IMG/VR virus record: IMGVR_UViG_3300001199_000002
Coordinates: 112,062 to 176,061 of that record
Reading direction: 5' to 3' (one strand)
DNA length: 64,000 nucleotides
From: a virus
Taxonomy: Duplodnaviria; Heunggongvirae; Uroviricota; Caudoviricetes
The notes beneath the pieces are model-generated. The model was not told where the DNA came from, ran no database searches, and worked only from the letters and a program-made list of their open reading frames with translations. A program made the translations under genes and the position numbers. Of the stretch, positions 39,690 to 48,161 are shown in pieces. Within the stretch, counting starts at the first letter, position 1, and each line of letters opens with the position of its first letter.

Positions 39690-40066
39690 ATGTCGATGTA
39701 ACTATCATCAAAGATAGCTTCACCCGCCACTGGTGAGATCAGCACTTCTTGAACTTCATAGCCAGCAGCTTGCGCGAAGTCCTTGTATGGCTGCATCTCT
39801 TTGTGTGTGGTATTAGTATTGTCAACGTAGATGATCTCGACACCAGCGTTCATCATCTTCTGACACTTGACTTGGTTATTACGATGGTTCACACCAAGCT
39901 TCGTAGCATCGAAGACATACTGTCCATCAGCATTCAAGAATTGGTCATCGGTCGAACAGATCGCAATACTGCGCACGCCAGCTTGCAACTGTGCGGAGAT
40001 ATCCATCTGAACCCAAGTGGACTTGCCGCCACCAGGAAGACCACGCATGATGTAGAGCTTCTTCAT
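39617..40066 (-). CDS. Polynucleotide 5'-kinase (T4 Pnk kinase-domain-like, stand-alone)
   Basis: MKKLYIMRGLPGGGKSTW parallels T4 Pnk MKKIILTIGCPGSGKSTW; DNTN and RNTHGVPRDAILRM blocks also conserved. Confidence 0.65.
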   Translation of the reverse strand: MKKLYIMRGLPGGGKSTWVQMDISAQLQAGVRSIAICSTDDQFLNADGQYVFDATKLGVNHRNNQVKCQKMMNAGVEIIYVDNTNTTHKEMQPYKDFAQAAGYEVQEVLISPVAGEAIFDDSYIDMCAKRNTHGVPRDAILRMARRFEQ

Positions 40067-40108
40067 GTCAGTATAGTATCACAACTAGATGAGTTGTCAA
40101 GTTGATTC

Positions 40109-41311
40109 TCAGAAAGATGCCTTTGCGCTTTCTCCATCCGAGGATTGAATACCCAATTCGGACAGCTTCTTGTCGAGAGTATAGCGATTGTTACCACGCT
40201 TCACATAGTCTCGCGCACCAACACTGCTCGACATTCTGAAAGCTTCACTCATCAACGATGCTTGCGTGACCTCTTTACCACTAAAGGTAGTGTCAAAAAC
40301 ATCTCCATCTAGCTTGAGCGTATTGGTCCAGAAATTTCTGGCATCATCTCGACCTAGTGCATTAAGCTTCAAGAAGTCGAAGCAACGTCCCGGACGGATA
40401 AGTGCAGAGTCAATCTCTTTTACTGCTTGATTCGTCGTGATGATGATCTTGACCTTACCCTGAGTGAAGATACCGTCACTATAGCTCAGTAGTTGAGTCA
40501 TGAACGTGCTCTCGGTATTCTTCCTACGAGGTAGCAAGTTGATATCTAGATCATCGAAAATGACAAGATCGTAGTTAGCGCCAGTCAGAGAACTCCAAAG
40601 CTCTCCGTCCTCCATCACCCTGGGATCTTTGATGTAGGCGGCGTTCTTGAAGTCACCATGCGCAATGATGTACTTTACGAAGGTGGTCTTACCAACACCC
40701 GGCTCGCCATACAACATCAGGATTGGCTCGTTTGCATTGTTGTATTGATAAACAAGCTTGCTAATGTCAATGTCTGGATAGAGGTCGGGATAGATGTCTG
40801 TAAAATCATCAAGTGCTACATACAGGTCTCTATTGGTTAGACCATGCTTAGTAGACATATAGAAGTATGCAAGGTCTAGCGACAGTGAGTCACCAACATC
40901 AGTAGTTGGAACGAGATTTAAGAACTCGATTAGGACTTTTTCGCTACTGTTCGTAGTGACAAAGAGTTGTAGCTTGCTTGTTTCATGCGCCATCTCGCGC
41001 AAGAATACGACGATCTCGTGACCCTCATAGTTGAGTTCGAAGTTAAAACAATTGTCGCTCTTTAGTTTAGTTACTTTTGCACCGCTAACCTCAACCAAAA
41101 ATTTCAAGACATCAGGCAAATGTCTCTTCCTGAATGAGATTCGATCCAAGAAGTGAAAGCCACGTTCCTTGTAGAGGTTCAGAAATGGCAAAAACGTTGC
41201 CAGATCACCAATGCCATCTAGATTAGGTGCGATGACAAAATCGCGTTGTTGTCTTTGTGTAGTCAAGTGACCTTTGTTTTTGAAGTGTTTAGGAAGTGGA
41301 AAGAGTTTCAC
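40109..41311 (-). CDS. AAA-family ATPase
   Basis: GEPGVGKTT Walker A; DLVIFDDLD Walker B; second-region-of-homology block ALIRPGRCFD. Confidence 0.6.
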   Translation of the reverse strand: MKLFPLPKHFKNKGHLTTQRQQRDFVIAPNLDGIGDLATFLPFLNLYKERGFHFLDRISFRKRHLPDVLKFLVEVSGAKVTKLKSDNCFNFELNYEGHEIVVFLREMAHETSKLQLFVTTNSSEKVLIEFLNLVPTTDVGDSLSLDLAYFYMSTKHGLTNRDLYVALDDFTDIYPDLYPDIDISKLVYQYNNANEPILMLYGEPGVGKTTFVKYIIAHGDFKNAAYIKDPRVMEDGELWSSLTGANYDLVIFDDLDINLLPRRKNTESTFMTQLLSYSDGIFTQGKVKIIITTNQAVKEIDSALIRPGRCFDFLKLNALGRDDARNFWTNTLKLDGDVFDTTFSGKEVTQASLMSEAFRMSSSVGARDYVKRGNNRYTLDKKLSELGIQSSDGESAKASF

Positions 41312-41601
41312 GCTGGCTTGGTATCTGGTCCGTCTAGGCTGTCTGGATCAATCCACACCACCTTGGTCTTTCCGTCATGTCCATGAATAGATCGAAGATT
41401 TCTTACGTTACGAAAGAATGTGATGCTTGTCTTATGTGAGAGCCATTGCATTGCGACAGCACCATCTTCGAACTCGACACCTTCCGCGACTCTACCAGTG
41501 CCACTCACACCACTCTCATCTTCGGTTCGTTGTAGATAAAATCTACGCATTGTCTTCCTCTTCTTTTGGATATCCACTCTCGATTTCAACACCAAGATCA
41601 T
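41308..41601 (-). CDS. Hypothetical protein
   Basis: ORF. Confidence 0.35.
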   Translation of the reverse strand: MILVLKSRVDIQKKRKTMRRFYLQRTEDESGVSGTGRVAEGVEFEDGAVAMQWLSHKTSITFFRNVRNLRSIHGHDGKTKVVWIDPDSLDGPDTKPA

Positions 41602-42331
41602 TTACCTCAAATACAACCGGAGGTCTAATAGTCTTGTAGTCTCTATCAAGAGACGATACGTTTGCATACAGCTTATTATCGCACAGCAGAAGTCTCTTAA
41701 ATCCACGAGCTTCATGAATATGGCCACCGATGGTGAGCTTCAACTTCTTCAATTGTTGAGTGCGCCTCAATAGATCGTTTGATCCAAGTCTTTCATCCGA
41801 GTTCGCATCGCCACCCTCGTCGGCACAGCCATATGCAGGACCGTGACAGATAAGGATATCGGTATCGTCGTCGATATGACTATAGATGTCAGCAAGTCTT
41901 GGGTTGTTGCTAAACGGAACTGTACCACCTTCGATACCATTAAATGCCCAGTCATGAAACCACGGAGTCCATGGCGTTCCATAGAACTTAATACCGTCGA
42001 TCACTACAGAGCGATTCTCTAGATATGTGATACGATCGAATGGATCGTTAGCGATGATGTCGCGCACAGAAGGATCATACTTCCTATGACCCTTGTCAAA
42101 GGTTAGTTCATGATTACCTGCGACAACAAGGATCCGCCTCGCAGGCTGTTCACGCAACCAGGAGGCGAAGTCAACAACCTCACCCCACTTGCCGGTATAA
42201 GTAAAGTCCCCTGCAACAACTAGAACATCACACTCTGGGATGACGAGTTGCTTGTGCTCGGTATGCGTATCGCTAATTGCTACGATCTTCATTTGGGCCA
42301 CACATAAGGTAGGGTTGCTGGTTCGATCCAA
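41543..42331 (-). CDS. Calcineurin-like metallophosphoesterase
   Basis: AISDTH, VVAGDF and AGNHE motifs. Confidence 0.75.
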   Translation of the reverse strand: MDRTSNPTLCVAQMKIVAISDTHTEHKQLVIPECDVLVVAGDFTYTGKWGEVVDFASWLREQPARRILVVAGNHELTFDKGHRKYDPSVRDIIANDPFDRITYLENRSVVIDGIKFYGTPWTPWFHDWAFNGIEGGTVPFSNNPRLADIYSHIDDDTDILICHGPAYGCADEGGDANSDERLGSNDLLRRTQQLKKLKLTIGGHIHEARGFKRLLLCDNKLYANVSSLDRDYKTIRPPVVFEVNDLGVEIESGYPKEEEDNA

Positions 42332-42693
42332 CCAAACTGTCCATAGTGAGTTGGATCTTTTCTGAGTAGATTACTTCTGTGAGAAGCGTGGAACATCGCG
42401 TCACCAAACCAACTAGGCATAGATGGTTGTGTGCTATGATCCAATAGCCTCATTGTGTTGTTGTAGCCTCGCTTGATCCATTCCATGATTGCGAGGTTGT
42501 GATACATCTTTAATGCATCTAGATGATCTCTCCACATCACTGCTGCTGGATGATTGATCCAGCCACGCTTTTGCGTTGTGCCAGAGTTTACGTTGATGAG
42601 TTGCATTGCTTCGACTCGCTGCTTACCAAGGCGGCGGTAGTCAAGGCACTCAATGGAACGCTGAAGGTCTGGATATGGCAAGAACGTTTGCAT
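42289..42693 (-). CDS. Pyrimidine-dimer DNA glycosylase-like (DenV/Pyr_excise family)
   Basis: LD..RLGKQRVEA..L...GW.NHPA..MWR block pattern, recalled from memory. Confidence 0.45.
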   Translation of the reverse strand: MQTFLPYPDLQRSIECLDYRRLGKQRVEAMQLINVNSGTTQKRGWINHPAAVMWRDHLDALKMYHNLAIMEWIKRGYNNTMRLLDHSTQPSMPSWFGDAMFHASHRSNLLRKDPTHYGQFGWIEPATLPYVWPK

Positions 42694-42699
42694 TACACT

Positions 42700-42727
42700 A
42701 TTATACTACTTCTTAGCTAGTTGTCAA
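42700..42727 (-). promoter_or_regulatory. Sigma70-type promoter TTGACA-N16-TATAAT
   Basis: Perfect consensus hexamers; -10 ends 7 nt before the ATG of 42289..42693. Confidence 0.6.
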
Positions 42728-42732
42728 GTCTT

Positions 42733-43026
42733 TCACAAGAATCCTTTCTTGTCGAGACATACGCCTTTCTCAGGACTTTTACATGTCATTAGAGATGGTG
42801 TCTCAACTCCTATTTCATCATCTCCATAGAAGCATGGTACTTCCAAAATGATAGATGATCGATTAATCTTCACTACCCTACCAGCGGTAGGTGGCGCACC
42901 ATAGAAATAGGCATCGCCTATCTCAATTAGGTTGCCGAAGTAGTCTACGATTGGTTTCTTTGGACGCATAGATGTTGGCGGAGAGCGTGGGAACCGAGCC
43001 CACCCTGAGAGATCAACCCCAGGCAT
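42733..43026 (-). CDS. Hypothetical protein
   Basis: ORF. Confidence 0.35.
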   Translation of the reverse strand: MPGVDLSGWARFPRSPPTSMRPKKPIVDYFGNLIEIGDAYFYGAPPTAGRVVKINRSSIILEVPCFYGDDEIGVETPSLMTCKSPEKGVCLDKKGFL

Positions 43027-43097
43027 ATCCCGTAGGATGTCCGCTTAGCTCTCCAAATCTTACTTACCACTTCTTGTTTTTGTATCCCATCGTAATG

Positions 43098-43176
43098 TGG
43101 TGACAACGGTGGGACTTGAACCCACAAGACGCCCCGTTTTGAGCGGGACAGGTTTGCCAATTTCCGTCACGTTGCC
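43098..43176 (-). tRNA. tRNA, CCA-encoded; anticodon loop read as CUCAAAA (CAA?); D-region irregular
   Basis: Acceptor GGCAACG/CGUUGUC; T-arm GUGGG-UUCAAGU-CCCAC; hand fold. Confidence 0.5.
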
Positions 43177-43370
43177 TCAGTCCAGTCCTCACGAATGAAA
43201 CAGCCGTCTGCTACTAATCGCGCACGATCTTCTTCGGCTAACTGCAAGATATGCCTTAGCCACAGATCACTTAGTTTTTCTAGTTGAGTTCTAATACCAA
43301 TGTCATCCATTGATATGGACACATACTTCATCCACCTGCGGATGATTGCCAGCTTTTGTTCTCTTGACAT
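43167..43370 (-). CDS. Hypothetical protein
   Basis: ORF. Confidence 0.3.
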   Translation of the reverse strand: MSREQKLAIIRRWMKYVSISMDDIGIRTQLEKLSDLWLRHILQLAEEDRARLVADGCFIREDWTEAT

Positions 43371-43682
43371 TTATGCCTCTTCTTTGCTTTGCAATTTCAA
43401 GATTGCATCTCTGACATCAGCATATGGCGTTACTGTATAGATCACAGCCTGTCCTACTAGTTGCATTACCGCACCACTGCTTGGAAGTTCCTCTACAGCA
43501 GACACTCTAATGCTTGGATCGGTCGATGCCTTCTCGATTGCCATAGCGCGTCCAGCGGCATACGCATCACGGTGTCGCTTTGCGATCGGCTGAAACTGAG
43601 CAATCGAATTCATGTTCAGCATGATTGTCGTATAAGGGATATCCTTATCGTTGAACTCAACTACGTCTACTTCGATGAACAT
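43371..43682 (-). CDS. Hypothetical protein
   Basis: ORF. Confidence 0.35.
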   Translation of the reverse strand: MFIEVDVVEFNDKDIPYTTIMLNMNSIAQFQPIAKRHRDAYAAGRAMAIEKASTDPSIRVSAVEELPSSGAVMQLVGQAVIYTVTPYADVRDAILKLQSKEEA

Positions 43683-43700
43683 ATCCTATCCTTTTGTAAA

Positions 43701-43777
43701 TGGTGACTCGGGTGGGATTCGAACCCACACTGTATGGCTTCTAAGACCATTGCCTCCTGCCGTTGGGCTACCGAGCC
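43701..43777 (-). tRNA. tRNA with anticodon UAG (Leu by anticodon) but short variable loop (type-I body)
   Basis: Acceptor GGCUCGG/CCGAGUC; anticodon arm AUGGU-CUUAGAA-GCCAU; T-arm GUGGG-UUCGAAU-CCCAC; CCA. Confidence 0.6.
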
Positions 43778-44247
43778 GTAATTCGTTTCTTGTTACTAAA
43801 TGTGGGTGTTTGAGAATGACAGTTCGGACAAAGGAACCGTAGATTCTCTGCTCTATTGTTTAGAGGATTGCCGTCAATGTGATCGATATGTAGGGTGATC
43901 TCTTTTGCCAGCCAAAACTCTCCAACTGCACAACCGACTCCTTCACATGCGTATCTTCTACCAATTTCAATTAGTGCTCTACGAAGCTGATGAGTCTTGG
44001 TTCTTTCAAGACTATAGATATCGTAGCATAGGATCTGTTCTGCCGTCAGCCTGTTGCTAGGTGAACATCCCTTGCTCCAATTTTTCCCAGTAAAATGTGA
44101 AGTGTCTACTCCTAGTTTGGTTGACATCTTTCTTATGTGAGAGTGCATACCGCCGCTTTGTTTTACCTTGAGGTAACGCAACATACCAGCATATGAGTTA
44201 CTGGCGTTGGCTGCTTCTTGTAAAACTTGCTTGGTATACTTACTCAT
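43768..44247 (-). CDS. HNH homing endonuclease
   Basis: C-terminal HIDHIDGNPLNNRAENLRFLCPNCH; start set at Met 44247 because the ORF's N-terminal extension runs through a tRNA gene. Confidence 0.7.
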   Translation of the reverse strand: MSKYTKQVLQEAANASNSYAGMLRYLKVKQSGGMHSHIRKMSTKLGVDTSHFTGKNWSKGCSPSNRLTAEQILCYDIYSLERTKTHQLRRALIEIGRRYACEGVGCAVGEFWLAKEITLHIDHIDGNPLNNRAENLRFLCPNCHSQTPTFSNKKRITAR

Positions 44248-44252
44248 GATAT

Positions 44253-44328
44253 TGGTGCTCACACCAGGATTCGAACCTGGAACATTTCGGCTCTCGACCG
44301 AACGCCTCTGCCATTGGGCTATGCGAGC
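44253..44328 (-). tRNA. tRNA with non-canonical anticodon loop UCGAGAG (C33)
   Basis: Perfect acceptor GCUCGCA/UGUGAGC; T-arm CCAGG-UUCGAAU-CCUGG; CCA; anticodon stem UUCGG/CCGAA. Confidence 0.5.
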
Positions 44329-44338
44329 TAGTTGTAAA

Positions 44339-44412
44339 TGGTACCCCGTGCGAGAATCGAACTCGCGCTTCAACGTTGAGAGCGTGGCGATCTACCACTA
44401 ATCTAACGGGGC
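44339..44412 (-). tRNA. tRNA-Glu(CUC)-like
   Basis: Anticodon arm CCACG-CUCUCAA-CGUUG; T-arm GCGAG-UUCGAUU-CUCGC; G1-U72; paralog of the next tRNA. Confidence 0.55.
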
Positions 44413-44415
44413 AAA

Positions 44416-44489
44416 TGGTACTCTCATCGGGTATCGATCCCGAGTTTCCACGTTGAAAGCGTGGCGATCTACCATTGATCTATGAGAGC
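44416..44489 (-). tRNA. tRNA-Glu(UUC)
   Basis: D-arm GAUC-AAUGGUA-GAUC; anticodon arm CCACG-CUUUCAA-CGUGG; T-arm UCGGG-AUCGAUA-CCCGA; CCA. Confidence 0.65.
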
Positions 44490-44669
44490 ATGTTGACTAC
44501 TTTAGTAGTCGAAGTTCTCGTTCTGGAATCTTACGTTCCTCTAGCCAATCCGTGTATTCGTTTGGCGTCCAGCCTAAGAACTCGCACAGGGATAGAGGAG
44601 CATCTGAATTGTGCCACTCCATCACTCTGCGTTCGATCGATTCTCGAATTGTCTTAAGTCGTTCGTCCA

Positions 44670-45062
44670 TTAGAATATCAAAACCCCACCAAAGTAGAAG
44701 ATTGGATTCTCGTCCTGCCAAGGATCCAGCCTAGTGTCGTCATCTCGATACCTGTCGAGCAGATCACTATCTTTGTATACACTATCTCTGATGCCTAATT
44801 CGAAGGATTTACTGTCGTTGACGTAGTATACCACACCTATTCCGAGAAGCAACTCTTCTTGGCGAATAAATTCGCCGCCCAGGTATGGCCTAATCTTACC
44901 CTGATCTGTGAAGAAAATCTTAGCCTTAGGGCCTACCCTTGGATCTAGTCCTGGCTTAGTTCTAGACCATCCAATATACTTGTCAGGCATGTTGGGTCTG
45001 GATAGGCGATACTCAATACAACTAGAAAAGACTAGTGTTATGGCGAGACAGAGTAGTTTCAC
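44670..45062 (-). CDS. Putative lipoprotein
   Basis: LVFSSC lipobox. Confidence 0.4.
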   Translation of the reverse strand: MKLLCLAITLVFSSCIEYRLSRPNMPDKYIGWSRTKPGLDPRVGPKAKIFFTDQGKIRPYLGGEFIRQEELLLGIGVVYYVNDSKSFELGIRDSVYKDSDLLDRYRDDDTRLDPWQDENPIFYFGGVLIF

Positions 45063-45763
45063 TTATCTAGTAGGTCATACAACTCTTTGTAACCATGGCT
45101 GTCTATTAGATTATGAACTCGTTGGCGCTCTTCGTTAGTCTTCTTATCCCATTCTGCAAAGACTCTTAGTAGATTTTTGTTTGCAATCTTGTAACCCTTA
45201 GCCGCATACTTCATACATCGCTGTAGTGTAGCGAGTGGATTACTTATATGGAGTATATGCATCTTTTGATTCGTTTCGCCCCACAGAAAGCCTTGACTGA
45301 CATACCCCTTGAGGGTATTTTGTGGAGTAATGACCAGCGCCGCCTGACAAATGTTCAGATCAAACTTATCTAATACATCATAGACGGTACCCATACGACC
45401 ATCATATGGCTTAATGAGTTGAACACTAATCCCAATACCAAACTCTACTGTATTTGGTTGACTAAGTGTTAAAGCATTCTTAGTTTCTAGGGCTACTACG
45501 AATCCTTCGTGACCTAGAATAAACTTAGCCTTACAAAACGAATCATCGTTCTCAAAGTAGATATCAATATCACTAGGATGTGGAGTGCTTGCATCTGGAC
45601 TAAGCACCCATCGAGCAAATCCACCAGCAATGAAACATTTGACCCCATCGTTCCGCAGCATAGTCATAAGACCAACTACAGCATCGCCACCCCGTTGAGG
45701 AACAGCAATACTGTATGGATGCCTTACGGCTTCTTTTAGATCGTTAGGGTCAACAAATGTCAC
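45059..45763 (-). CDS. Pol-beta-superfamily nucleotidyltransferase (possible tRNA nucleotidyltransferase-like)
   Basis: IAGGFARWVL...SDIDIYF, GG...DxD spacing. Confidence 0.4.
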   Translation of the reverse strand: MTFVDPNDLKEAVRHPYSIAVPQRGGDAVVGLMTMLRNDGVKCFIAGGFARWVLSPDASTPHPSDIDIYFENDDSFCKAKFILGHEGFVVALETKNALTLSQPNTVEFGIGISVQLIKPYDGRMGTVYDVLDKFDLNICQAALVITPQNTLKGYVSQGFLWGETNQKMHILHISNPLATLQRCMKYAAKGYKIANKNLLRVFAEWDKKTNEERQRVHNLIDSHGYKELYDLLDK

Positions 45764-47154
45764 TTGGTGGCTCGGCGGCGAATGTTGTCAAAGACATCTA
45801 GATGAGTAAATTCACCATTCTCAAACACGGTGCGCATCAGGTCTTCGCGACCATTCAGTTCGTCTACTCTGAAGGTGCTCACACCATAGTCAGTCTTGCC
45901 TAGAGTAATACGACCACCCTTCGAGTTCTTGGTTGGGTCGCTCTTTGGACGCTTAAACACATCGGTCCATACACCATCCTTCTGGATTGCACTGCATTTG
46001 AATGCAAATCGTTGAGTGTCGCGATTGACCTTTTGAAGGAGGCCACCACCCATACCGAATGCCACATTATCCAGCGACCAACCAGCGGTGATCATTGCGT
46101 CAATGACAGCCTTGATCGTTTCAGGTTCACAACCATCACCCTGAATGACACGAACCTTATCGTTAAGAACTCGATAGCCCTTTTCGTTTTGGTAGGTGCC
46201 AAATGCATCAGCTAGACGACGTAGGACATTCAATACAGAGGATACAATCTCTCCACTGTCAGGACGAACAACTAGCGTGCCGTTACGCTTGAGCACTTCA
46301 TCCCTTAGTTCCTCACCCCATAGATGGGTGCAGGCATTGTCGATGTCGAAACTGTCGCTAACACAGGCTACCAAGCCGTCTGGATATTGTGTCAGCATAT
46401 TGCGATAGGCATCTACCTCACCAGCCTCACCCCAAGAAGTGATAGTGCTATGTTCGCTGGCGGGGATAGAGAATCCAGCCATACCGGCATCGTAATACTC
46501 CATACCACAACCGAGAGCCGCAAGGGTGTCTGTCCCCTTGAAGTTGACAAGGTGGGCGAGCCCGCCAATGCCCGCAGATTCGACGCTGGACACGCCACGG
46601 AAGCCGAAGTCGTGCAGCTTGAAGTCCACCAGAGCTGGGTTGCCGGTCTTCTCAAGGGCAGCCAGGATCATCTCACGACAGTAGTTGCTCTGTGTTGCTA
46701 CGGTAGATGGATACCACACCTGAACAAGAAGCGTCTCAAGGTAGTTCGTCAACCAGAAACACTTAGGATCAGTGTTCTCGATGGTCATTAGAACATTTCC
46801 AGTTGGGACGCGCGTTCCTTCTGGCACCGCGCGGATGCGGATAGGAAGGAAGCCATTATACTTATCGATGATGTATTGCCAACCTTCACGGTTGAATGCA
46901 CCCTCAGCGCCACCCATATGAATGCGCGCTACGCTTGCCGCCTGCTCAAGCTTTTCCTGCGTCACCACCTGACCTTGGAGGTATCGGCGGATGAAATATT
47001 GTAGTCCAAAGAAAACAGTATATGGAAACTTGGCACCAACACGACTCTCGAAGTAAGAGAAGACGGTTTGTGTGCCCTGAGGATACTGCTTGTAGTGCGA
47101 CAGCTTGTAGCTATCCGTCAGTAGAATAATGTTGTCGTGCAGTCGAGTGTTCAT
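45760..47154 (-). CDS. nadV: Nicotinamide phosphoribosyltransferase
   Basis: N-terminal NIILLTDSYKLSHYKQYP; about 464 aa. Confidence 0.85.
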   Translation of the reverse strand: MNTRLHDNIILLTDSYKLSHYKQYPQGTQTVFSYFESRVGAKFPYTVFFGLQYFIRRYLQGQVVTQEKLEQAASVARIHMGGAEGAFNREGWQYIIDKYNGFLPIRIRAVPEGTRVPTGNVLMTIENTDPKCFWLTNYLETLLVQVWYPSTVATQSNYCREMILAALEKTGNPALVDFKLHDFGFRGVSSVESAGIGGLAHLVNFKGTDTLAALGCGMEYYDAGMAGFSIPASEHSTITSWGEAGEVDAYRNMLTQYPDGLVACVSDSFDIDNACTHLWGEELRDEVLKRNGTLVVRPDSGEIVSSVLNVLRRLADAFGTYQNEKGYRVLNDKVRVIQGDGCEPETIKAVIDAMITAGWSLDNVAFGMGGGLLQKVNRDTQRFAFKCSAIQKDGVWTDVFKRPKSDPTKNSKGGRITLGKTDYGVSTFRVDELNGREDLMRTVFENGEFTHLDVFDNIRRRATK

Positions 47155-47158
47155 GATC

Positions 47159-48085
47159 TTACTCCTTTTCTAGGTGAGAAAGAACCATCTCCATGATGGG
47201 TCTGTGTTGTGGAACCAAAAGATTGGGATTGAAGTCCTTTAGATCAAAGAGCTTCGCTTCAGCCAAATCATCCTTACCCTCTACAATGCCGTAGAGATAG
47301 TCACAGATGAATACAGTTGTCATGATCTTATCGACTTCTTTGCGATAGCGCCAGTCGTCAACGATCATTGATCCAATGTAACGCGGTGAACTAATGCCAC
47401 ATCCGATCTCCTCATTTGCTTCTCTAGATGCAGCTAGATCGAATGATGTGTCTTTAGATGGATCAACAAATCCACCAGGGAATCGCCACAGACCATTAGG
47501 ATCATTCTTCTTGCGACCCAAGATGATATGCGTAGCATTGCCTTCTGGTGTTCGCTTTACAACAGCGATATCAACAGTAGCAAAGATAGCATGATGCCGA
47601 TTGTGTGCAGCGTAGATGATACCACGCCGAAACTCTGCGTTGCCACGAACCTCGTCAGACACGGCCTTGCGGATCTCTGTGCCAGAAACATTCTTAGCCG
47701 TATCTAGTTCGATAGTTGGATACTTGCCGCCGTAGTGAGGAATGAATGCATCCCTTGATCCATATAGGATGGCAGTGCCAATACCGAGAACTTCGTTGAT
47801 ACGCTCATCGACAGACCTAGACCAATCCTTGTCGGATGGCATGTCATGAATCGGAAGAACGATCACATCTGGATATGCTTCCCGCATCATGATTGCGCGA
47901 GTAAAGTAATCCAGTGGATTGTTTCGTGTAACGAGAACACTTGGAGTGCTACCAAGAAGGATCAATACCTTCTTATGCTTTGCGCGGACACTATCGATCA
48001 ACGCGCGATGTCCCTCGTGTAGTTCTGGGACTTGAAACCTTCCAATGATGACGCCGAGTTCAGCGTCCGCAGTCTTGACATCCAT
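47159..48085 (-). CDS. natV: Bifunctional NMN adenylyltransferase / Nudix ADP-ribose pyrophosphatase
   Basis: GRFQVPELHEGH NMNAT motif; C-terminal Nudix box REANEEIG. Confidence 0.8.
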   Translation of the reverse strand: MDVKTADAELGVIIGRFQVPELHEGHRALIDSVRAKHKKVLILLGSTPSVLVTRNNPLDYFTRAIMMREAYPDVIVLPIHDMPSDKDWSRSVDERINEVLGIGTAILYGSRDAFIPHYGGKYPTIELDTAKNVSGTEIRKAVSDEVRGNAEFRRGIIYAAHNRHHAIFATVDIAVVKRTPEGNATHIILGRKKNDPNGLWRFPGGFVDPSKDTSFDLAASREANEEIGCGISSPRYIGSMIVDDWRYRKEVDKIMTTVFICDYLYGIVEGKDDLAEAKLFDLKDFNPNLLVPQHRPIMEMVLSHLEKE

Positions 48086-48116
48086 ATTTAAACCCCTTGT
48101 TTAGGTGAGTTATCTT

Positions 48117-48144
48117 AGTATACACTAAGTGTGTCGCTTGTCAA
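48117..48144 (-). promoter_or_regulatory. Sigma70-type promoter TTGACA-N16-TATACT upstream of the natV/nadV operon
   Basis: Hexamers and spacing; AAGGGG Shine-Dalgarno follows. Confidence 0.55.
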
Positions 48145-48161
48145 CTTTCTTCCGATGAAAG

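Noticed and set aside
43768-44373. N-terminal extension of the HNH ORF reported by the ORF track
   Set aside because: The first 42 codons run through a well-formed tRNA gene (44253-44328). Start moved to Met at 44247.
44207-44401. Plus-strand 64-aa ORF
   Set aside because: Antisense to three tRNA genes.
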